Origin: Burkholderiales bacterium
Lineage (GTDB): Bacteria > Pseudomonadota > Gammaproteobacteria > Burkholderiales > SG8-41
Assembly (NCBI GenBank): GCA_035574195.1
Contig: DATLZE010000109.1
Coordinates: 19,238-83,237, forward strand
Length of the DNA: 64,000 nt
Direction of reading: 5' to 3'
How positions within the stretch are numbered: the stretch's first letter is position 1; each line of letters starts with the position of its first letter. Shown piece after piece: positions 59,016 through 64,000 of the stretch. A program made the translations under genes and the position numbers. The notes under the pieces are model-generated. The model ran no database searches and was not told the DNA's origin. It saw only the letters and a list, made by a program, of their open reading frames with translations.

Positions 59016-59084
59016 TGCCTCGTCAGGTGCCCGCGTGTCACGACCGCCTTCCCTATTCCCGCGCGGCGTGCGGCGGGCCCGACC

Positions 59085-59160
59085 GCCAGCCCGATCGGAC
59101 GCGGCCTCGGGCGCGCTCGCTGCCCGTATCCGATCGCATTGCGTCGGACGCATGCGCGCC
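59085..59160. repeat. structured repeat tract in the 229-nt ispA-dxs spacer (CGTATCN/TCGGACGC type)
   Basis: TCGGACGC occurs twice (59095-59102, 59144-59151) and CCGATCG twice (59091-59097, 59130-59136). Hairpin CGCATTGCGT-CGG-ACGCATGCG at 59135-59156. The phased units CCCGTAT CCGATCG CATTGCG TCGGACG CATGCGC resemble the 8315-8370 tract. Confidence 0.5.
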
Positions 59161-59244
59161 TCTGCGGTCGCATCCCCATGAATGGCGCTGCTCTTCGCTG
59201 CGGCGCGCGCCGAACCGGCGCTGCGCGTCCGGCCTCGACATCCC

Positions 59245-60156
59245 TTAGAACCTCCTCAGCACGATAAAATCCGCGATCTGCCGCAGCCGCAGCGCCTGCT
59301 CCCCGAAGGCGGCGAGCGCCGCGAGCGCCTGCTCGCGCAGCTCCTGGGCGAACTGCCGGGCGCGGGACACCCCCATCGCGCTGACGTAGGTGGGCTTGCC
59401 GTCCTTGGCGTCCTTGCCCGCGGTCTTGCCGAGCGTCGCAGTGCTCGCCTCGGCGTCGAGCACGTCGTCCACCACCTGGAAGGCGAGCCCGACGAGCTTG
59501 GCGTAGAGGTCGAGCTGCGCGAGCCCGCGCTCGTCGAGCCCGTTGCCGCACCGCGCCCCGAGCAGCACCGAGGCGCGGATCAATGCCCCCGTCTTGTGGA
59601 TGTGCATGAACTCGAGCTCGGGCACGGTCAGGTGCTTGCCCACCGACTCGAGGTCGATCGCTTGGCCACCCGCCATGCCGCGCGAGCCGGCGGCCGCGGC
59701 GAGCAGCTTCACCATCTCGAGCTGGGTCTGCAGCTCGTCGGCGAGCCGGTATTCGCCGAGCAGCTGGAACGCGAGACTCTGCAGCGCGTCGCCCGCGAGC
59801 AGCGCGGTCGCCTCGTCGTATTCCACGTGGCAGGTCGGCCGACCGCGCCGCAGGACGTCGTCGTCCATGCACGGCAGATCGTCGTGCACCAGCGAATAGG
59901 CGTGGATCAGCTCGACGGCCGCAGCCGCGATCTCCACCCGCTGCGGCTGCGCGCGCGCGAGCTCCCCGGCGGCGAAGGCGAGCAGCGGGCGCACGCGCTT
60001 GCCCCCGCCGAGCACCGCGTAGCGCATCGCCTGGTGCAGCCGCTGCGGCGCGATTTCCGGAGCCGGCAGCACGCGCGCGAGCACCGCCTCCACCCGCTGC
60101 AGGTGCTGGTGCGACCAGGTGGAAAAATCAGCTGCCGTCGTTATCGTCGCCGTCAC
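59245..60156 (-). CDS. ispA: (2E,6E)-farnesyl diphosphate synthase
   Basis: ORF 59245..60210. [10 protein letters not shown] and VVDDVLD Asp-rich motifs. Best start is GTG 60156 ([14 protein letters not shown]..., aligns with E. coli MDFPQQ), which lies 29 nt inside the xseB 3' end. The start is uncertain. Confidence 0.88.
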   Translation of the reverse strand: MTATITTAADFSTWSHQHLQRVEAVLARVLPAPEIAPQRLHQAMRYAVLGGGKRVRPLLAFAAGELARAQPQRVEIAAAAVELIHAYSLVHDDLPCMDDDVLRRGRPTCHVEYDEATALLAGDALQSLAFQLLGEYRLADELQTQLEMVKLLAAAAGSRGMAGGQAIDLESVGKHLTVPELEFMHIHKTGALIRASVLLGARCGNGLDERGLAQLDLYAKLVGLAFQVVDDVLDAEASTATLGKTAGKDAKDGKPTYVSAMGVSRARQFAQELREQALAALAAFGEQALRLRQIADFIVLRRF

Positions 60157-60379
60157 TCTTGAAGTCCCGCAGGATGCCGTCCTCCAGCAACTTGACCTGC
60201 TGCTGCGCATCCTGCAGGGCCGCCTGGCAGTACTTGAGCAGCTCGGCGCCGCGCTTGTAGGCGGCGAGCGCGCGCTCGAGCGGCATCTGGCCGGCTTCCA
60301 TGCTGGACACGATTTTTTCCAGTTCCGCCAGCGCCGCTTCCAGGCTCTGGGGTGGCTGGGATTTCGACACCCTGGGCAC
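60128..60379 (-). CDS. xseB: exodeoxyribonuclease VII small subunit
   Basis: 83 aa, GTG start. SLEAALAELEKIVSSMEAGQMPLERALAAYKRGAELLKYCQ. Confidence 0.9.
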   Translation of the reverse strand: MPRVSKSQPPQSLEAALAELEKIVSSMEAGQMPLERALAAYKRGAELLKYCQAALQDAQQQVKLLEDGILRDFKSDGDDNDGS

Positions 60380-60498
60380 GGGGATAGCCGCCCTCCGGAT
60401 GAAACTGAAAGGGTAGCCTAGTCAGAAGCTTGCGGTCAACGCGCGCGCGCCGAGCCCCCGCGCGCCACGGCCTCCAGCACAACGGCCTCCGGCATCGC

Positions 60499-61092
60499 TC
60501 AACCGGCGTGCTTGCCGGGAGTCCAGCCGTGCTTCGCGATGTGCTTTTGCGCGACCTCGAGCGGCTCCTCCTCGAGGGGAGTGGCCATCGTGTCGTTGAA
60601 CCGGTTCATGAAGCCGAAGTAGGCGACGAGCGCCGCGATCTCCACGATCTGCCCTTCGGTCCAGTGCCGCTTCATGCGCTCGAAGAGTTCGTCCGTCACC
60701 CCGTTCGGCTGCGCCGCCGCCGCGATCGCGAATTCGATTGCCGCGCGCTCCGCCTCGGTGAAGAGCGGGCTGGTGCGATACTCCCACACTTTATCGAGCT
60801 TCTCGTCCTGGATGCCTGCCTGGAGCGACGCCCCGGCGTTGTGCGCCATTCAGTAATGGCAGCCGTGGGTTCGCGACGCGACATAGGCGAGCAGCCGCTT
60901 GAAGCCGACACCGACCTCCCCCTGGGGGTCGAACACCGCAGCGCTGAGCGCTCTCAGTGCCCGCACGATCCTGGGTCTGCGCTGCAAGATCAGCAGGCTG
61001 TTGGGAATGTAGTGGCCGGACGCCTCGATCTGTTCGAAGACGTCGGCGAGCTCGGGAACCGAGCCAAGGGGCAGCGGAGCGAGTCGAGTCAT
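60499..61092 (-). CDS. AhpD/CMD-family peroxidase-related protein with in-frame TGA at the CxxC site (candidate selenoprotein; alternatively a nonsense pseudogene)
   Basis: Track ORFs 60850..61278 and 60499..60849 are contiguous in one frame and separated only by TGA 60850-60852. The joined product from ATG 61092 is MTRLAPLPLGSVPELADVFEQ...YVASRTHGCHY[TGA]MAHNAGASLQ...FGFMNRFNDTMAT...GWTPGKHAG. That is 197 codons, colinear with the family whose motif I recall as GCxYCxAH. Confidence 0.7.
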
Positions 61093-61511
61093 GGCGGGGG
61101 CTCTGGGCGGTGCGATTTTTCGAACCATATAGTCCGCTACCAGATCCGTCAAACTTTTCCCGCAAGGTCCTCTCCGGGGCAGCGATCGCGAGCCGGCAGC
61201 CGCGCCTGTCGGCAAGACGCATTCGGCGAGCAGCGTGGCAGGGGACCGGTTATTTTCCCTGGGAAGAGGCCCGGGCAACGCAAAAAAAATGACACGGGGC
61301 GCGCCAGCGGCCGGTCAAAGACGGGCGAGCGCAGCTCGTCGATCGGAAAATCACTGCAGTCAATGAGTTACCGCTGGCAAGCACTACCGCTCGAATCCAC
61401 GTCCCCCTCGGGCGCCCGCATCCACGGCCCACCCGTGCCCGTATTAGCGTGCGACGAGACCCCCGTGCAGGCTTTCCGCTATCATCGCCTTGATCACCCG
61501 GAGCACCGTTC

Positions 61512-62477
<966 letters not shown>

Positions 62478-62499
62478 TTTCGCTTACCGGAGCGACGAC

Positions 62500-63477
62500 A
62501 TGAGCACTTCTTCCTATCTCGACACCACCCGCGATCTCTACCGCGAAGCCGCGCTCAACCCGCAGGAGGGCCTGTGTTGCACCACGAGCCCGGTCTGGCA
62601 GCTTCCCGAGCTGGCGATTCCCAAACGGATGCTCGCCATGAATTACGGCTGCGGCAGCACGGTGCACCCGCGCGATCTGGCGGGCGCCCCGAACGTGCTC
62701 TACGTGGGCGTCGGCGGCGGCATGGAGCTGCTGCAGTTCGCGTACTTCACGCGGCGCGAGGGCGGCGTGATCGGCGTGGACGCGGTGGACGAGATGCTCG
62801 CCGCCTGCCGCAGGAACCTCGAAGAGGCGCAGCGCCTCAACCCCTGGTTCCGCGCCTCGTTCGTGGACCTGCGCAAGGGCGACGCGCTCGAGCTCCCGCT
62901 CGCCGACGAGAGCGTTGAGGTCGCCGCTCAGAACTGTCTCTTCAACATCTTCCGCGACCGCGACCTCGAGCGCGCGCTCGCCGAAATGTACCGGGTGCTC
63001 AGGCCGCGCGGCAGGCTCATTCTCTCCGATCCGGTGTGCGACGCACCGATGCCCGAACACCTGAAAAATGACGAACGGCTGCGGGCACTGTGCCTGACCG
63101 GCGCGATCCCGCTCGAGGACTACATCGGGCGCCTCACCGCGACCGGCTTCGGCACGATCGAGGTGCGCGCGCGCCGGCCGTACCGCGTGCTCTCGCCGCG
63201 CCACTACGCGATCGAGCGGCTGATCGTCGTCGAGGCCGTGGAAATCTGCGCCGTCAAGGACCCGATGCCGGCCGACGGCCCCTGCGTCTTCACCGGCAGG
63301 ACCGCGATCTACCACGGGGAAGCCGATTTTTTCGACGACCACAAGGGGCATTTCCTCACGCGCAATCAGCCGCTCGCCGTGTGCGACAAGACCGCGCGCG
63401 CGCTGGAGGCGCTCGGGCGCGACGATCTCTACGTGTCCGGACCGACCTGGTTCTACGACGGCGGAGGGTGTTGCTGA
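62500..63477 (+). CDS. SAM-dependent methyltransferase, ArsM-like
   Basis: ORF 62425..63477 trimmed to ATG 62500 (MSTSSYLDTTRDLYREAALNPQEGLCCTT...). SAM motif VLYVGVGGGMEL, paired and scattered Cys (LCC, CGS, CDAP, C-terminal GGGCC). Starts 22 nt after arsS. Confidence 0.65.
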   Translation: MSTSSYLDTTRDLYREAALNPQEGLCCTTSPVWQLPELAIPKRMLAMNYGCGSTVHPRDLAGAPNVLYVGVGGGMELLQFAYFTRREGGVIGVDAVDEMLAACRRNLEEAQRLNPWFRASFVDLRKGDALELPLADESVEVAAQNCLFNIFRDRDLERALAEMYRVLRPRGRLILSDPVCDAPMPEHLKNDERLRALCLTGAIPLEDYIGRLTATGFGTIEVRARRPYRVLSPRHYAIERLIVVEAVEICAVKDPMPADGPCVFTGRTAIYHGEADFFDDHKGHFLTRNQPLAVCDKTARALEALGRDDLYVSGPTWFYDGGGCC

Positions 63478-63570
63478 CCCGCACGTGGTCCGGCCGTTGC
63501 GCTCCGCTTTCGAAGGCCGCCGGTCCACGCCAGACCTGCCGCCCGGCGACACCCTGGAAGAAAAAGCGTC

Positions 63571-64000
63571 ATGACACGGGGCAGGATCGCCCTCGCGGGC
63601 CTGATCGCGGCGCTCGCCGTGGCGTTTTTCGCGCTCGGCGGACATCGCTATCTCACCTTCGACGCCATCAAGTCGCAGCAGGCGGCGATCGAGGCCTATT
63701 ACCAGGCCCACCCGTGGCGCACCGCGCTCGGCTACTTCGTGCTCTACGTGGCGGTGACCGGCCTGTCGCTGCCGGGGGCCGCGGTGATGACGCTCGCCGG
63801 CGGTGCCGTATTCGGGCTGCTGTGGGGCACGGTGATCGTCTCGTTTGCGTCCACGATCGGCGCAACCCTCGCTTTCCTCGCCGCGCGCTACCTCCTGCGC
63901 GACTGGGTGCAGGCGCGTTTCGGCGAGCGGCTCGAACCTGTCAACGAAGGCGTCGCGCGAGAGGGCGCCTTTTATCTGTTCGCGCTGCGGCTGGTGCCTC
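63571..64000 (+). CDS. TVP38/TMEM64 (DedA-related) family membrane protein, 5' part (runs off right edge)
   Basis: Own translation from ATG 63571: MTRGRIALAGLIAALAVAFFALGGHRYLTFDAIKSQQAAIEAYYQAHPWRTALGYFVLYVAVTGLSLPGAAVMTLAGGAVFG... This is the typical N-terminus of the family. Confidence 0.7.
   Translation, partial: MTRGRIALAGLIAALAVAFFALGGHRYLTFDAIKSQQAAIEAYYQAHPWRTALGYFVLYVAVTGLSLPGAAVMTLAGGAVFGLLWGTVIVSFASTIGATLAFLAARYLLRDWVQARFGERLEPVNEGVAREGAFYLFALRLVP

Noticed and set aside
60128-60156. A 29-nt overlap between the xseB 3' end and the proposed GTG start of ispA was considered as possible evidence of frameshifting or a fused gene.
   Set aside because: The two reading frames are distinct and both products are full-length by comparison with known XseB/IspA. 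The overlap depends only on my choice of the GTG start, since no ATG is available, so it is treated as start-site uncertainty.
61093-61511. The 419-bp spacer between the TGA-containing gene and arsS was examined for tRNA-Sec (selC), an ArsR-type regulator or another small gene.
   Set aside because: No cloverleaf forms; a CTCGAATCC T-loop-like string at about 61392 has no complementary stem. There is no UCA anticodon arm. Only short or low-complexity ORFs occur. It is probably just a divergent promoter region.

Overview
This is a high-GC (roughly two-thirds G+C by eye) chromosomal segment. Gene content and order look betaproteobacterial; that is an inference from six Bug/TctC solute receptors, ribF-ileS-lspA-ispH, xseB-ispA-dxs, divergent murJ/rpsT and an HslV/BPH-like proteasome homolog. 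From 1 to 19.5 kb there is an accessory-looking catabolic patchwork. It holds cyclase-family, Gfo/Idh/MocA, PQQ-dehydrogenase plus dihaem cytochrome c, acyl-CoA ligase, CMD, SMP-30 lactonase, PrpD-family, alpha/beta hydrolase, ACAD, HtrA-like and SDR genes, interleaved with orphan Bug receptors. From 19.5 to 28 kb lie tRNA-Thr(CGU), a Cys-free Fur homolog and a type IV pilus minor-pilin operon (pilE-fimT-pilV-pilW-pilX-pilY1) with a trailing TonB-C-domain gene. From 28 to 60 kb the content is mostly housekeeping: ispH, lspA, ileS, ribF; a cysI-fdx-cobA-cysH sulfite/APS reduction operon with divergent cysB; murJ, rpsT, argD-argF-argG, yajQ, metR/metE, ribBA, folE, dxs-ispA-xseB. From 60 to 64 kb there is an AhpD/CMD-family gene interrupted by a single in-frame TGA exactly at the second Cys of its CxxC motif (candidate selenoprotein). 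It lies divergent to an arsS (radical SAM) / arsM-like / TVP38 cluster. The other main observation is a set of intergenic elements built from phased 7-nt units arranged as long imperfect palindromes, at five sites. I saw no transposase, integrase, CRISPR array or rRNA. All calls rest on reading the sequence and ORF translations and on recalled family motifs; no database search was run.
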